Of a stretch of DNA of 64,000 bases, positions 38,301 through 49,367 are shown in pieces. Position 1 is the first letter of the stretch. Each line of letters begins with the position of its first letter. The notes below the pieces were generated by a model. That model searched no databases, was not told the origin of the DNA, and saw only the letters and a list, made by a program, of their open reading frames with translations. Source of the DNA: a virus (lineage: Duplodnaviria; Heunggongvirae; Uroviricota; Caudoviricetes); the IMG/VR virus record IMGVR_UViG_3300031647_000750, positions 25-64,024 of that record, one strand, 5' to 3'. A program made the translations under genes and the position numbers.

Positions 38301-38440
38301 TACCAGAAAGTTCTACTAGTGTATTTGGTTCATTATTCCAAATAACACCATTGACAGATGAGTTATTCATACCAGACGCGACTGTCGTAGATATCGACAT
38401 CGTAACTAGCATAACACAAGCAAACATTAAGGCAATTTAA
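35384..38440 (+). CDS. gp6: Baseplate wedge protein gp6-like (1018 aa)
   Basis: YDYTTIR, FLSTAVRQDSVFKLAEFIGYQP, ETIDTIKTNAP...QDRMITADDY. Confidence 0.88.
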   Translation: MTQSVRQSKLFAAEDYTVVYDSYINANFQAYDYTTIRSTMVDYVRAKYPENYNDWIESSEFVALLDLIAQFGHNLAFRADLNTRNNFLSTAVRQDSVFKLAEFIGYQPRRNVAAFGELKVVSVKTNETVIGSDGTTLAGKEIRYESTSNINNLDDFITVMNAAFASGNQFGTPRINVDIAGQQVEYYNLNATNDQIKFSIQGTAAGASSSFDVISLDYNGQSRSMTETTPNPTSAFTLIYKNDGKGVSSNTSGFFCGFKQGALQYKDFVIDNPISNLSLDIDVPNVNNSDVWVQSIDENGTIGAEWTKVDSVFGHNEIYNNIQANGEIFAVKTRANNQISIMFTDENFGTIPKNIIRVWYRVSENISYTLRPDDISNKTINISYSGVDGNTYTMTVGLQLKSSVVNASSAETIDTIKTNAPRNYVTQDRMITADDYNNFLLNQSENILKIKSINRTHSGHSRYAKLYDPTGTYSNLHLFGTDGTLTRSTDTKVEHTDDIVVNSVFENYIKPAIHDHELLNLYYTEFKSNFELLRSSLPANDVIFTWQSNDKTTGYFNDYQSVIQGVGSAQTHYLKYITIGALVKFTSGGEEYWAKVSSIFANGRGIDDTQGEASGLTITGTGAIAFDIEIPTGASLDMIYPSFAKQFTTAEKADIIAKLTIESAFQLKYRYEATPAYWEVITPVVDTSPLAWLIDVTPAIVGSGTTVNSYDVTTRISRYEIETDQIEFSNLTNEYNINEFTKKRNRDIIELYDTTTATFVKFYVWGYNIDSNGLYQSNKVIVALLDSSTDSRADNPDAYFDIAGTSLTTSSLRFEWTHIPADNEIVDPSLSNIIDIFTLTREYDNSFKSWLLESRLFSGKPQPPTIDEINRQFNQSSSVDTKKAMSDTIIYRPVKYKVLFGSVADPEVRARFNVIKVPGVNFTDNDIKAKVIIAINNFFDIGLWDFGETFYFTELAAYVHNELIGVISSFVIVPESSTSVFGSLFQITPLTDELFIPDATVVDIDIVTSITQANIKAI

Positions 38441-38448
38441 GGTAACAT

Positions 38449-41400
38449 ATGGAAAATTATAAATCTAATAAACAAGAGCAAGCAGATCCTAAGAAGAGAT
38501 CTGGTGATTACCCTGTAAATGAAATCAAATCTGTAAATAAGTTACCTACGCCATTTAAGACAGACCTTAACAAGAAATGGCTAGACGCAACATTTGATCA
38601 GATGATATCAAAAGGCGACATGGAAAATGTTGATGCATTTGTAGGCAATATGTCTGGTAAGTCACTAATTCGTTATGATGATAATTATTTAAACACAAAC
38701 AGCACAGCACATCAATTAGAACCTGGAATCATTACTACTGACGAATTAGACAATGTTACACATACAATTTCAGTTAGTGATATCGCGAATAGTGTTGCAA
38801 TGAACTTTGATGAATATAGTTATAATGCAGCATATAACTCTAATGCATATGTATATGCGCCGCCTATCAACATAGACAAATTTGTAAATTTTGTTTCTTA
38901 CTATTGGGCAGCAGAACTCCCAGTGTATGAATCAACCTTTTCGGTTGCTGGCGACGATAATCCGATAACAACTATCACTGGTGCACCACTAGGAACAATT
39001 ACAGATAGTGAAAATACTGTTGAGTTGTTCAATGGATTGAAAATAAAATTCATTGGTTACGATGCTGCTATTGCAGATAATACATATTTAGTGACAGGCG
39101 TTGGTACTCGAATTAGTTTTAAATTACTAATAGATTCAACTGGCCAAAAGTTCTTCACGGATACTACTCCTTATAGTTATTCCATAGAATCGGTAGCACA
39201 AGTACATACTATTAAAGATTATATTGTAATAGATACATCTGACAATATTGCAAGTTCGTGGTCACGCGCAAACCACTGGGTACATAAGGACAGTATATTA
39301 TATTTAGAAACACTAATTACTTCGTTTGTCGCACTAGATAGTTGTACTATTGAAAACAGAGCGAAGCGTCCGATTATACAATTTGATACATTAATGCACA
39401 TGACTGATCATGGTCATGCAAATTATGCAACTGATGTTGTGTTTAAAGGACAAGTAGATTATGTACTGTCTGATTTAGACGCTACTGGGATTGCATTAGG
39501 TTCGCGTATTGCAACAGGGAATGGTATATACATCAAAGCAGCAGCCGATATACTAACAGAAGTTGAACGCACATATACATTTACGGATGGAGATACATTC
39601 GTTACTTTAAACGATTCGTTGTCAGGAACTGGTGCATATACAAAAAGTGATATGTATTACGATGGCGAAATTAAGTTAGCACAGAATAAAGCACTGCCAA
39701 ACACAGCGCCATTATTTAAATTATGCGATCACGAAGGAACATCATTAAGTAGTTTCAATGGAAGTTCATTTGTAAGTAGCAAGGTGTTTTCATACAAAGT
39801 TGGCACTGGAACAGTTGATAGCGAATTGAATTTCGCAATCTCATATAAAGATTCTGGCACTGGTGCAAACATTGTGTTTGAAAATAATCTATTCACAGAA
39901 CGCTACACCTACTCAAGAGATATGGGACACGTTGCTGCTGAGATCCCAGGATATTATTTCTTTGTTAAAGGAATGAACAATGCAAGTACATATATACCTA
40001 GTTCGTATTCAATGGGTGCTAAAGACAGTATTCAATTATTTGCAGAAGACTCAATCATTACTGTTCCAGTTGGGTATGGTAATTGGAGAGTTGACAAAGA
40101 GTTCTTGGTATTTGAGCGAGATGGCAATATAACAACAACTGAAGTTTTATCAGAAGGTGTATACAACCGAAGTAGAACAAATCAGCCAGAGTTGATATTG
40201 GGCAAAGATACATCATATGTGTTTCACGACATTACACCAGCAAAGGATTTAACATTCTACAATACTGATGGTAGTATATTCCCGACATCTGTTATTGGTG
40301 AAGAAATTACAGTCACATTGCCAGATGAAGTATCATTTGTACTTGAATTTGGTTCAGCATCTGATTCAGTATTGAACAGAGGTCGCATCATAACAAACCT
40401 ATCACAGGATGAATTTTTTCATACTGTATATGTTAATGGAAGAAAATTGCCAGCATCTGAATATGATATCAATGAAACTACAATAGAGATAACAGATATC
40501 CAAGTCGCTGATGAGCAATCTAATTTTGCTACAATAGATGTGGAATATTACAATAATGATACAACGCGCAGCAATGCTGAGCAAACTCAAATACCAGATG
40601 TTCATCTACATAATGCAAATAATGAGTTGGTAACAGAATTTACAATACAAGAGACATTATCACATTGGTTAAGTATCATAGAAAGCACGCCAGGATTTGT
40701 GGGCGATGCGTTTGGTGATAACAATTATCATAGCAGCATTATCGTTAAATCATATGCTGGTGAAATATTTTTACATGATGATATAAGCATTATGCATGAC
40801 TTGTGTTATGGAATTGATGAAATGAATATCGCAACAGCCTTATTTGAACAGGGAAGAGATTGGTGGTCATTTAAGCAGCGTGTCATGGCACAAACAAAAC
40901 GCTTATATAAAACAAAACCATACAACGATGTTCGCGCATTGACCACAGATGTAATAGATGCGATGACACAATCACATAAAGGAACAGCAGTTCATAAGAA
41001 TTCAAATATGCTATACTCGCAACGATCACAGTATGTGGAAGTAGCATATATTGCTGGTACTGTTGACTATCATTTGGGTATTACACTTAACAATGATGAT
41101 TTCAGAAAAGATCATATGTATTTGTATTGCACAGATAACAGAGATGGTGATAATATTGCAGTCACTCATCTATTAACATTGGGCAAAGATTATACTTTAG
41201 ATGGTAGTAAGATAACATTAATTTCTATTCCAGTAGAATTCACAGATATCCAATTTACTTCTATCAGATCATATTATTATCAAATGGATGCCGATAGTAA
41301 TGTACCAGCGAGTATGGCTAAACTTGGATTATCGCATACATATGTTCCTCAAGTGCTTTCTAATGAATTGATAGGACATGATGGAAGTGTGTATACATTA

Positions 41401-44400
41401 AAGGCGAATGCTGAATTAGCAAAAATTAATGACATTAACTTTGATCCAGTTGCGGCAGTATTGTACGACATAGAGACTCGTGTGTATAATGGAATGCGTA
41501 AGCAAGATTCGCATTATGCGAATAGTTTTGTCAAATATTTACCATCGCAACATCGTGGTACTTGGTACACATTAAATAAAATAGACAACTACGTAGACAA
41601 ATATTTTAAAGATTGGTACACAAAGACAGCACAAACTACATTAAATCCAGCAAACTATTTTGATGCACTTGATTCAACTACGTGGAATTATTCATCCATT
41701 TCAATCACAGAAGGTCATTTAAAATCTAACCTTCCGGGTCATTGGAAAGGTGCGTACAATGTATTGTTTGGTACAACGACACCTCACATCACACCTTGGC
41801 ATATGCTAGGATATAGTGATAAGCCTTCATGGTGGGATGAAAACTATAGTTGGACTGATCCGACTAAACGAACAGCAATGTTAAGTGCATTCAACACTGG
41901 ATTGGTTAGCGAACCATCTACACCAATAAAGCAAGATTTATATTTCGCAAGATACTACTGGGACTTCGCAACTAAAAGTCCTGTAACTGTTACTGGATTA
42001 TTGGAAGATCCAGCAGTTGTATTGGGCACACCCACTGATCTCGATAAAGCAACACCATTTGTATTTGGCGATTGGGCACCAGTTGAGTTCGAATGGCGCA
42101 ATAGTTCATTGGGTCATGCAGCGATGGTCGATGCAGTCGTTAAATTAAATCCAACCAAAGCCTGGACAGACTTCTTTCAAACGAGTGTGCATGGATCATT
42201 TACAAACATCACTGGAATGAATATTGACAGATTCACCAAAGGATTGATCACTACTACTATGATGTATGACAATACAAATAATAAGGCTGCGTATATAGAT
42301 TCAATATCTGTGTTATCAAGTGACTCATCATTTGAGCCCGATACGGAGATATTAATAAGCGGCGGCGGCTTATATTACAAATCGACTGCAACCTTAGATT
42401 TCGATTTAAATTTTAAAATCATAGGTGTTACGTTAACATCTCGTGGAGGTAATTACCAAACTAAGCCAACGATTGAATTACGTTCAGCAACAGCAACAGC
42501 GAAACTTGCAGATAAAGAAACATATCCTGGATATGTGGCAGCGAAAGCAACATTTAATGCGAATGTAAACCATGATGGTACCCAATATCGTCCTGGTATT
42601 AACCAAGTACAAACATCATATGCTCAGAGAAATTTCTTTGATGACGTCTTTACTACTAATTATATTCTCAGTGATACGAGATTACTGCAACAATTGGGTG
42701 GATTTACAGCACCTCATTTAATGAAGATTGAAACCGAAACTGGCTCCAATGGCAAGTATACATTAAATCAACTGGATGCACCGTTGATAATGTATACTAG
42801 TTCGCCATCAGATGTTCATGTTGCATGTAATATTACTATTACAAAAAATGCAACAAGTTATACAGTAGATGGCATTACTAATCATAAGCAACAATTTAAA
42901 TTCCTTGAACCACGTACATCAAATGTAAATGATCATATTAATATTAATTTGAATGATACTGCGACTATAAAGAAATACAAATATTTTTCAGATGTCGTAT
43001 CTATTGCAGAATATGAAGCACAATTTGTTCGCATACAAGATGTATATAACTTTATACGTGGTAACTATGCATACTTAGATAGTGTTGGTTATCAATTTGG
43101 AAAAACTGGAGATGGCAAAGCATTCAGTTTTGCTCAATGGGCGATCACCGCATCGGTAGATGATACATATATTATTCCCATTGACAGAAAAATATCATTT
43201 GCTAATACATCACATGTTGTGTTAGAATATAATACATTGCCTGGAAAGTTAAATTCCATTCTGAATGAAGGACGACATACAATTGAAGCATCTGATTTAC
43301 TTATAAATCGAGATACTAATTCATTGACAGTTGAAACAAAGCCTGGCGTGACTGCTATTGCTAGTATTGGTACTGCGATGGTAACACACGAACATGCGTT
43401 CCTATTCAATAATGTAACACAATTTAATGAAACCGTGTTTGATGATGTAACCAATGTTAGACAACTGCGATTAAAATTGATTGGTCAGCGTACTCGCAAC
43501 TGGACTGGTGCTAAGCAAGCGCCTGGATTCTTAGTTAGAGATAATACTATAATGCAGAACTTTGATTCAACGGTTGAAGAGATTTCAAATTTCTACGATT
43601 TTAATGTAGATAAGTTCAATAAGCAAATTACCAAAGCAGAGAATTTGATGCTTAACAATGTTAACAGAGATTGGGTTTCAAGGTTAAGTTTATCAGATAC
43701 AGCAGTTAGTAAGTTTTTTCAAGGAGTGATTAAGGCAAAAGGTACAAAGTCTGTAATACAATCTGTTGCGCGTAGTAAACTTATAAACGACGGCAGAAGT
43801 ACGATTAACATAGATGAAGAATTTATGTTTAGACAGGGTAACTTTGGTGATACAACCATAACCGAATCGACTGAAATCGAAATTACTCCATCTGATGTTG
43901 TGTTAAATCCATCTGTTATTGATTTTAGCAGCAGCGATATAGTGTTTGTTAATAAGGTAAACACGCCTATATTTGACGTGAAATCATATGAAGAAAATGT
44001 AACTACATTATTAACAGCAGGCGATTTGCTTGACACCGAAGCAGACAATGTTATATATAATATATCTGAGTTGGAAACGTTATTTGATGCAACGAGCGAT
44101 TACGCCAACATAGACACATGGAATAATTCAACATCATATAAGTTTGGCAATGAAGTAAGACTTGATGGAAACTTATGGAATTGCAATGTAGATTATATTG
44201 GATTAAGTAATACGCCATCTGATTTGGCATACGTTGGAACTGTGAACAATCCAATATTCCCTCACCGCAATGTAACAGATGATCTAACGACACCATCTGC
44301 GTCTATTGACGGAGTCGATATTTGGTTTAATAAAACTCAGTTTGTGTACGACTCTATAGTTGCAGAAAGTATAGCAAGTCCCTCTGTTTTATCACCAAGT

Positions 44401-47400
44401 ACTGTTATCGTTGATGGATTTTCAATTGATCTAATAAGTAATGCATTGGTTACAGTTATCGATACAGATTCGTATCATGAAGGAAATCCATACTCAGTGA
44501 CTGCGGTCAATCCGTCATCACTAGATGTTACTGGGTTGACGTTGGACATCAATGCTACTATCGTTAATTTAGAAGACTATGGTACTTACGTTGAAACATT
44601 GACGCCAGGAACTGATACGACTGAATCATTTAATGCAACAGTTGCACCTGTTTCGAGTATAACGCTAACAAGTATTATGACAGCCCATCACGTAGGTACG
44701 ATTGATGTAGTGTCAGGCGGAATAACATCGCCATATACACTTGCGACATCTGATTATACATATGATTCCAATACTCAAGTAATTACATTTAACACGCCCA
44801 TCGCTGATGGAGATGATGCAGATGGGTTTGTAGATATAACTGTTAATCTTTTAGGATTCTCATCTGTTTATACAATGGACAAACCGCAATTAAAATTAGC
44901 AATTAGTTCAGTGGCAAATGTAACTGGCGTAGATAACGAACAAGATGCTCTAAGAGTATCGATCTTATATGATGCTGCCGGAGATATCAATGCACAATTA
45001 ATTATTGCTTATACAACTGGTTTATCTGAATTTGGTATGCTTACTGGTACATATAACGCCACCCCTACCCAAGAAATTCAAAGTCAATCAATGGACGAAA
45101 CGTATATAGCAGCAGTAATCGATGCTGCACTATCGGCTGCGTATAATGTAACGGTTGTTTCCAATAAAGTAAAAATAGAAAAAGTAGCAACTGCTTCGTT
45201 CACCCAATTAACTACATTAGAAATAGATGGTGAAGCAAATTCGACTTTATTATTCCCATCGACCACTACGTCATCTGGTGCACTTGCGAATGTTGTTAGT
45301 GACGCACAAGATGCGGTGGATTTTATTAATACCGCATTACTTGCAGCATCTATATCTAACGTAACCGCATCGGTTATTGGAAACCGAGTGAGCATAGTGT
45401 CTACCAACACAGAAATTAATTTAGGTAACAGAGAACTTAATACACTTGCTGGTCTTGAGACTGGCATATATTATTCTTCAACCGACGTTACTGTAAATGT
45501 ATTTGACGAAGATGATTGGATTAATATTTCCGACGAAGATGAAGCATTATTTAATATCTGGATGCCTGATGATAACGAATTCATCAATGGTTCTACTGGA
45601 ACAATACCAAGCAAATTCTTTAGTTGGAATGTGTTACAAGTTCAGCAATTTGGATACCATGCAAGTATAACTGCGGGCACTGATACAGATGATGGCAATG
45701 ATGCGCAGGTTTCATTGAATGCAGCACACAATGTGGAAGTTGGTGATTACATTATGTTAGTTAATACAACCACGACACCTAATATTGATGGCATCCACCG
45801 TGTTACTAAACTAGGAAATATAGCACAGCCTGGAATGCTCTACATTGATAGATTTATTGAATTAGATGGTACAAGTGAATCTGTATTCGTATTACGTTCA
45901 GCGAGATTTAATCGTCTTATTGATATCAATGAAACACTAGTGCAATCGACTCCATTGTTATATAACTGGAATGTAGGCGACTTAGTTTGGTCTACGACTG
46001 ACAGTGTCAGTGGCGATGCAGCGACACAGGTATATAAATTTAATGGAACTGCGTTTGTATTAACTAGAGAGAATAGCACACGTGTAACTAACGCAGGGAT
46101 TGCGAATGTATTAATTTACGATGGAGAATCAGAACAAACTATTAATGAAATGGAAATTTTTGATCCGTTGCGAGGAATTATACCCGGCGTAGCAGACAAA
46201 GAATTGGATTTCAAAACACCTGTAGATTTTGCAGTATATAATACATCTACTGATATAGCATATAATATAGATGAACGTAACTCATGGGGCAAAGCAGAAA
46301 TAGGTAGAACTTGGTGGGATACTAGTAAAGTAAGATATTATGATTATGAGCAAGGTGACAACGCATATCGTGCTAAAATGTGGGGCAAGCAATTCCCTAA
46401 TTCTAGCATTGATGTATACGAATGGACAAAGAGTTCTGTTCATCCAGAAGAATGGAACGAAGCAGTTATCAATAGCACAGTGCAATATGGTGTAGAAGCA
46501 ACTGGAGAAGTATATAGTGTATTTGATAAAACACTTAACGAAAACTTATATTACTTCGCGACATTAGATGAATGGAATGATAAACTCAAGAAGTATGATG
46601 TTACATATTATTTCTGGGTTAAGAACAAAACAAATACAGAAGGTAATCATTCATTGTCTGTGAAGCAGATTGCAAGCATCATATCTAATCCAACTGATAA
46701 TGGTATCGCATGGTGCGCTGCTATAGACGACAATGCTATGATTGTTAACAATGTGAAATATATGATCAATGACAAGAGTAGTGTATTGCAAATTAATATG
46801 AAATCTGATACTATTGCAGCAACGCACAGTGAATCATCGCATACTAATTGGACAGCAATCAAAGAAAACATTGACAACATTCCAGAATATTGGTATATTG
46901 GTTTGCGTGATAACTTGACTGAAGAAGTAATTAAAACAGAACACTATAGTTTGCTCACGCCAGCGAATGAATCAACTGTGGGACAACCATTGCCATCTAT
47001 GAAATTACATGAATATAACCGCTATGGTGATGATCGTGGATTGAGTTTTGATGGTAAGGTATATTCTCAAGGTTGGTTTAAAGATACATGGAATGCTCGC
47101 AGAGAAGCAATCGTTGCTATCAACGCATTATTAAAGCAACAAAATTTGATTCAAGAGTTTACTGGTCAGTGGGATAGAACTATTGGTTCAATTATAGATA
47201 CGAACGGTATTAAATTGGACATGAATACTCTTTGGGATTATACAAATTTCGTACACGAAAGTAGAAACACGGGAAATCAGCCCACCATTGAAGTGGCATC
47301 TTATTCTGAACTTTCGCAAATTGACACAGATATACACTCAATAGCATCATTTAATATCGAAGGTGATATACATCAAATGGACGAAAGTGAGATATTCGAA

Positions 47401-48747
47401 TGGATCGATAACGAATGGCTTCTTGTCGAAAAGAGAAATGGAACGATCGCATTCAATGATATTGTATATAATAAGAATTTATTTAATGGATGGGATGGCG
47501 ATAACGGATTTGACGGCAGCAACTGGGATTCTAATCCAGCAGCATACATGCAGCATATAATATATGCATGTCGAAATGATTTGTTTATAGAAGAGCATAT
47601 TAAAAACTTCAATAAACTATTTTTTGCTGTAGTGAAATTTGCAGTATCGGAACATGATATGGTTGATTGGGTTTACAAGACTACATATGTTCATCTTAAT
47701 ATATCTACCAATATAGAAACTGGTCCGAACAAACTTACAAAGTATAATCGTTCAGTACTTAATGAAATTTCTGGTTATATAAATACTGTAAAGCCATACC
47801 ATACAAAAATCAAGAGTGTAGTAGAATCTTATAACGCACAAGACAATGTATCTGTATCAATGGAAGAACTTGATAGAAAGATAAAAATCACAATGGAAAC
47901 TTTTGAATTATTAGATCATGCTCAGTATGATTATGAAAATCCAATCATTACTTCTAGTTTCTCTACTACACCAACTGATATAGTTGATGGTGGGTCTTTT
48001 ACAGATACGCCAACTGATGTGATTAACAGCATTGAGTTCATTAGTCCTACTAATTTAAATAATGTATATAATGAGCATCGTCGTTCTAATGTAGCACCTA
48101 CATTTAATGAATCATTGTCTGTTAAAGCGATTACACATCCAGGCTGGCACGAATTTACTGATTACTTAGAAGACGATCGTGTATTCGTTGATGGCGTCTA
48201 TTACACCGCTACGGAAGATCACACAAGCGGAGACGACTGGACTGAAGCAGATTATTGGTCTATTGATATATCTCAAGCGACAGACGACCGAACCAGAACA
48301 TACGCATATATACAAGACAATTGGTTGAATACAGCAGCATTTAGTCTACGAGAAGATCGTGAATCTACCATTACTACTGATATGACATATAACGCAATTA
48401 GCATCACACTTGCTACTGGTGGTGGTGTTAAATTCAATGCACTGGGTGGATTCGCATATATCGATGGCGAAATCATTCAGTACACTCAGGCGAGTGGTGA
48501 TACATTAAATAATATCACGCGTGCAATGTATGGAACTATAAATAGAACACATAGTGCTAGCACAGTGATTATAGATGTAACTAACGAACAATTAGATATA
48601 TTCAAAACATTGAAGACTTTCGTAGTCAATGGACAATATGGCACGAGTCAACGATTTGATTACATTACGGGCGAGAGTATACTTGATATCACCGCCAAAG
48701 ATATTGAATCACATGAATTACAAGCAAGTGGAAAGGGCGTAAGTTAA
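38449..48747 (+). CDS. Giant baseplate wedge / structural protein (3432 aa, gp7 position)
   Basis: Follows gp6; contains YINTVKPYHTKI, IDGEIIQY...ITRAMYGT and two Trp-rich CBM5/12-like motifs. Confidence 0.7.
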   Translation: MENYKSNKQEQADPKKRSGDYPVNEIKSVNKLPTPFKTDLNKKWLDATFDQMISKGDMENVDAFVGNMSGKSLIRYDDNYLNTNSTAHQLEPGIITTDELDNVTHTISVSDIANSVAMNFDEYSYNAAYNSNAYVYAPPINIDKFVNFVSYYWAAELPVYESTFSVAGDDNPITTITGAPLGTITDSENTVELFNGLKIKFIGYDAAIADNTYLVTGVGTRISFKLLIDSTGQKFFTDTTPYSYSIESVAQVHTIKDYIVIDTSDNIASSWSRANHWVHKDSILYLETLITSFVALDSCTIENRAKRPIIQFDTLMHMTDHGHANYATDVVFKGQVDYVLSDLDATGIALGSRIATGNGIYIKAAADILTEVERTYTFTDGDTFVTLNDSLSGTGAYTKSDMYYDGEIKLAQNKALPNTAPLFKLCDHEGTSLSSFNGSSFVSSKVFSYKVGTGTVDSELNFAISYKDSGTGANIVFENNLFTERYTYSRDMGHVAAEIPGYYFFVKGMNNASTYIPSSYSMGAKDSIQLFAEDSIITVPVGYGNWRVDKEFLVFERDGNITTTEVLSEGVYNRSRTNQPELILGKDTSYVFHDITPAKDLTFYNTDGSIFPTSVIGEEITVTLPDEVSFVLEFGSASDSVLNRGRIITNLSQDEFFHTVYVNGRKLPASEYDINETTIEITDIQVADEQSNFATIDVEYYNNDTTRSNAEQTQIPDVHLHNANNELVTEFTIQETLSHWLSIIESTPGFVGDAFGDNNYHSSIIVKSYAGEIFLHDDISIMHDLCYGIDEMNIATALFEQGRDWWSFKQRVMAQTKRLYKTKPYNDVRALTTDVIDAMTQSHKGTAVHKNSNMLYSQRSQYVEVAYIAGTVDYHLGITLNNDDFRKDHMYLYCTDNRDGDNIAVTHLLTLGKDYTLDGSKITLISIPVEFTDIQFTSIRSYYYQMDADSNVPASMAKLGLSHTYVPQVLSNELIGHDGSVYTLKANAELAKINDINFDPVAAVLYDIETRVYNGMRKQDSHYANSFVKYLPSQHRGTWYTLNKIDNYVDKYFKDWYTKTAQTTLNPANYFDALDSTTWNYSSISITEGHLKSNLPGHWKGAYNVLFGTTTPHITPWHMLGYSDKPSWWDENYSWTDPTKRTAMLSAFNTGLVSEPSTPIKQDLYFARYYWDFATKSPVTVTGLLEDPAVVLGTPTDLDKATPFVFGDWAPVEFEWRNSSLGHAAMVDAVVKLNPTKAWTDFFQTSVHGSFTNITGMNIDRFTKGLITTTMMYDNTNNKAAYIDSISVLSSDSSFEPDTEILISGGGLYYKSTATLDFDLNFKIIGVTLTSRGGNYQTKPTIELRSATATAKLADKETYPGYVAAKATFNANVNHDGTQYRPGINQVQTSYAQRNFFDDVFTTNYILSDTRLLQQLGGFTAPHLMKIETETGSNGKYTLNQLDAPLIMYTSSPSDVHVACNITITKNATSYTVDGITNHKQQFKFLEPRTSNVNDHININLNDTATIKKYKYFSDVVSIAEYEAQFVRIQDVYNFIRGNYAYLDSVGYQFGKTGDGKAFSFAQWAITASVDDTYIIPIDRKISFANTSHVVLEYNTLPGKLNSILNEGRHTIEASDLLINRDTNSLTVETKPGVTAIASIGTAMVTHEHAFLFNNVTQFNETVFDDVTNVRQLRLKLIGQRTRNWTGAKQAPGFLVRDNTIMQNFDSTVEEISNFYDFNVDKFNKQITKAENLMLNNVNRDWVSRLSLSDTAVSKFFQGVIKAKGTKSVIQSVARSKLINDGRSTINIDEEFMFRQGNFGDTTITESTEIEITPSDVVLNPSVIDFSSSDIVFVNKVNTPIFDVKSYEENVTTLLTAGDLLDTEADNVIYNISELETLFDATSDYANIDTWNNSTSYKFGNEVRLDGNLWNCNVDYIGLSNTPSDLAYVGTVNNPIFPHRNVTDDLTTPSASIDGVDIWFNKTQFVYDSIVAESIASPSVLSPSTVIVDGFSIDLISNALVTVIDTDSYHEGNPYSVTAVNPSSLDVTGLTLDINATIVNLEDYGTYVETLTPGTDTTESFNATVAPVSSITLTSIMTAHHVGTIDVVSGGITSPYTLATSDYTYDSNTQVITFNTPIADGDDADGFVDITVNLLGFSSVYTMDKPQLKLAISSVANVTGVDNEQDALRVSILYDAAGDINAQLIIAYTTGLSEFGMLTGTYNATPTQEIQSQSMDETYIAAVIDAALSAAYNVTVVSNKVKIEKVATASFTQLTTLEIDGEANSTLLFPSTTTSSGALANVVSDAQDAVDFINTALLAASISNVTASVIGNRVSIVSTNTEINLGNRELNTLAGLETGIYYSSTDVTVNVFDEDDWINISDEDEALFNIWMPDDNEFINGSTGTIPSKFFSWNVLQVQQFGYHASITAGTDTDDGNDAQVSLNAAHNVEVGDYIMLVNTTTTPNIDGIHRVTKLGNIAQPGMLYIDRFIELDGTSESVFVLRSARFNRLIDINETLVQSTPLLYNWNVGDLVWSTTDSVSGDAATQVYKFNGTAFVLTRENSTRVTNAGIANVLIYDGESEQTINEMEIFDPLRGIIPGVADKELDFKTPVDFAVYNTSTDIAYNIDERNSWGKAEIGRTWWDTSKVRYYDYEQGDNAYRAKMWGKQFPNSSIDVYEWTKSSVHPEEWNEAVINSTVQYGVEATGEVYSVFDKTLNENLYYFATLDEWNDKLKKYDVTYYFWVKNKTNTEGNHSLSVKQIASIISNPTDNGIAWCAAIDDNAMIVNNVKYMINDKSSVLQINMKSDTIAATHSESSHTNWTAIKENIDNIPEYWYIGLRDNLTEEVIKTEHYSLLTPANESTVGQPLPSMKLHEYNRYGDDRGLSFDGKVYSQGWFKDTWNARREAIVAINALLKQQNLIQEFTGQWDRTIGSIIDTNGIKLDMNTLWDYTNFVHESRNTGNQPTIEVASYSELSQIDTDIHSIASFNIEGDIHQMDESEIFEWIDNEWLLVEKRNGTIAFNDIVYNKNLFNGWDGDNGFDGSNWDSNPAAYMQHIIYACRNDLFIEEHIKNFNKLFFAVVKFAVSEHDMVDWVYKTTYVHLNISTNIETGPNKLTKYNRSVLNEISGYINTVKPYHTKIKSVVESYNAQDNVSVSMEELDRKIKITMETFELLDHAQYDYENPIITSSFSTTPTDIVDGGSFTDTPTDVINSIEFISPTNLNNVYNEHRRSNVAPTFNESLSVKAITHPGWHEFTDYLEDDRVFVDGVYYTATEDHTSGDDWTEADYWSIDISQATDDRTRTYAYIQDNWLNTAAFSLREDRESTITTDMTYNAISITLATGGGVKFNALGGFAYIDGEIIQYTQASGDTLNNITRAMYGTINRTHSASTVIIDVTNEQLDIFKTLKTFVVNGQYGTSQRFDYITGESILDITAKDIESHELQASGKGVS

Positions 48748-48751
48748 TTAT

Positions 48752-48759
48752 GCTAAATA
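48752..48759 (+). promoter_or_regulatory. Late promoter GCTAAATA
   Basis: TAAATA core before GGAG and ATG 48778. Confidence 0.6.
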
Positions 48760-48777
48760 CAGTAACGGAGAATTTTA

Positions 48778-49365
48778 ATGAAACAAATTGTTGATGACAA
48801 CTCAATGCTAGGAATGGACGGACATGTTCTGATTAGAGACATTGATACAGGCGAAGTATTATTAAACAAGCACAATGCAATTAACTTTTATAATATGTCA
48901 ATTGCATTGGCACATTTATTAGCAAATAAAGAAGACGATGGTTTGGGTAATTTTAATATCGCAACATTGGCACTAGGTAATGGCGGCACACAGATAGATG
49001 GTAGCGGCAATGTATTCTACAAGACACCCAATGTTGGGACGACGAGTAGTGAATTATACGCAGAAACTCATGCTAAAGACGTGCAACCTATCGCACCAGA
49101 TGTTACAAATCAGGTAGATGTAACTACACATGCTGGTCAAGTATATAGTGATGTTGTTGTAACCGCGACCTTAGAGTATGCAGAACCAGCAGGTCAGAAT
49201 CCAATTGATAATGACACGGGTGCTGGTGCATATGTATTTGATGAAATGGGATTGAAGACTGCTTCTGGTAAGTACTTAACGCATTTGATCTTCCACCCAA
49301 TTGAGAAATCAGCAAACAGAAAGTTAGAAATCATATACACAATACGAATCACGGCGGGGGTTTAA
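48778..49365 (+). CDS. Baseplate / tail-fibre attachment protein (195 aa)
   Basis: KHNAI, ALGNGG, FDEMGL, FHPIEKS...IYTIRI; structural operon. Confidence 0.6.
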   Translation: MKQIVDDNSMLGMDGHVLIRDIDTGEVLLNKHNAINFYNMSIALAHLLANKEDDGLGNFNIATLALGNGGTQIDGSGNVFYKTPNVGTTSSELYAETHAKDVQPIAPDVTNQVDVTTHAGQVYSDVVVTATLEYAEPAGQNPIDNDTGAGAYVFDEMGLKTASGKYLTHLIFHPIEKSANRKLEIIYTIRITAGV

Positions 49366-49367
49366 TC

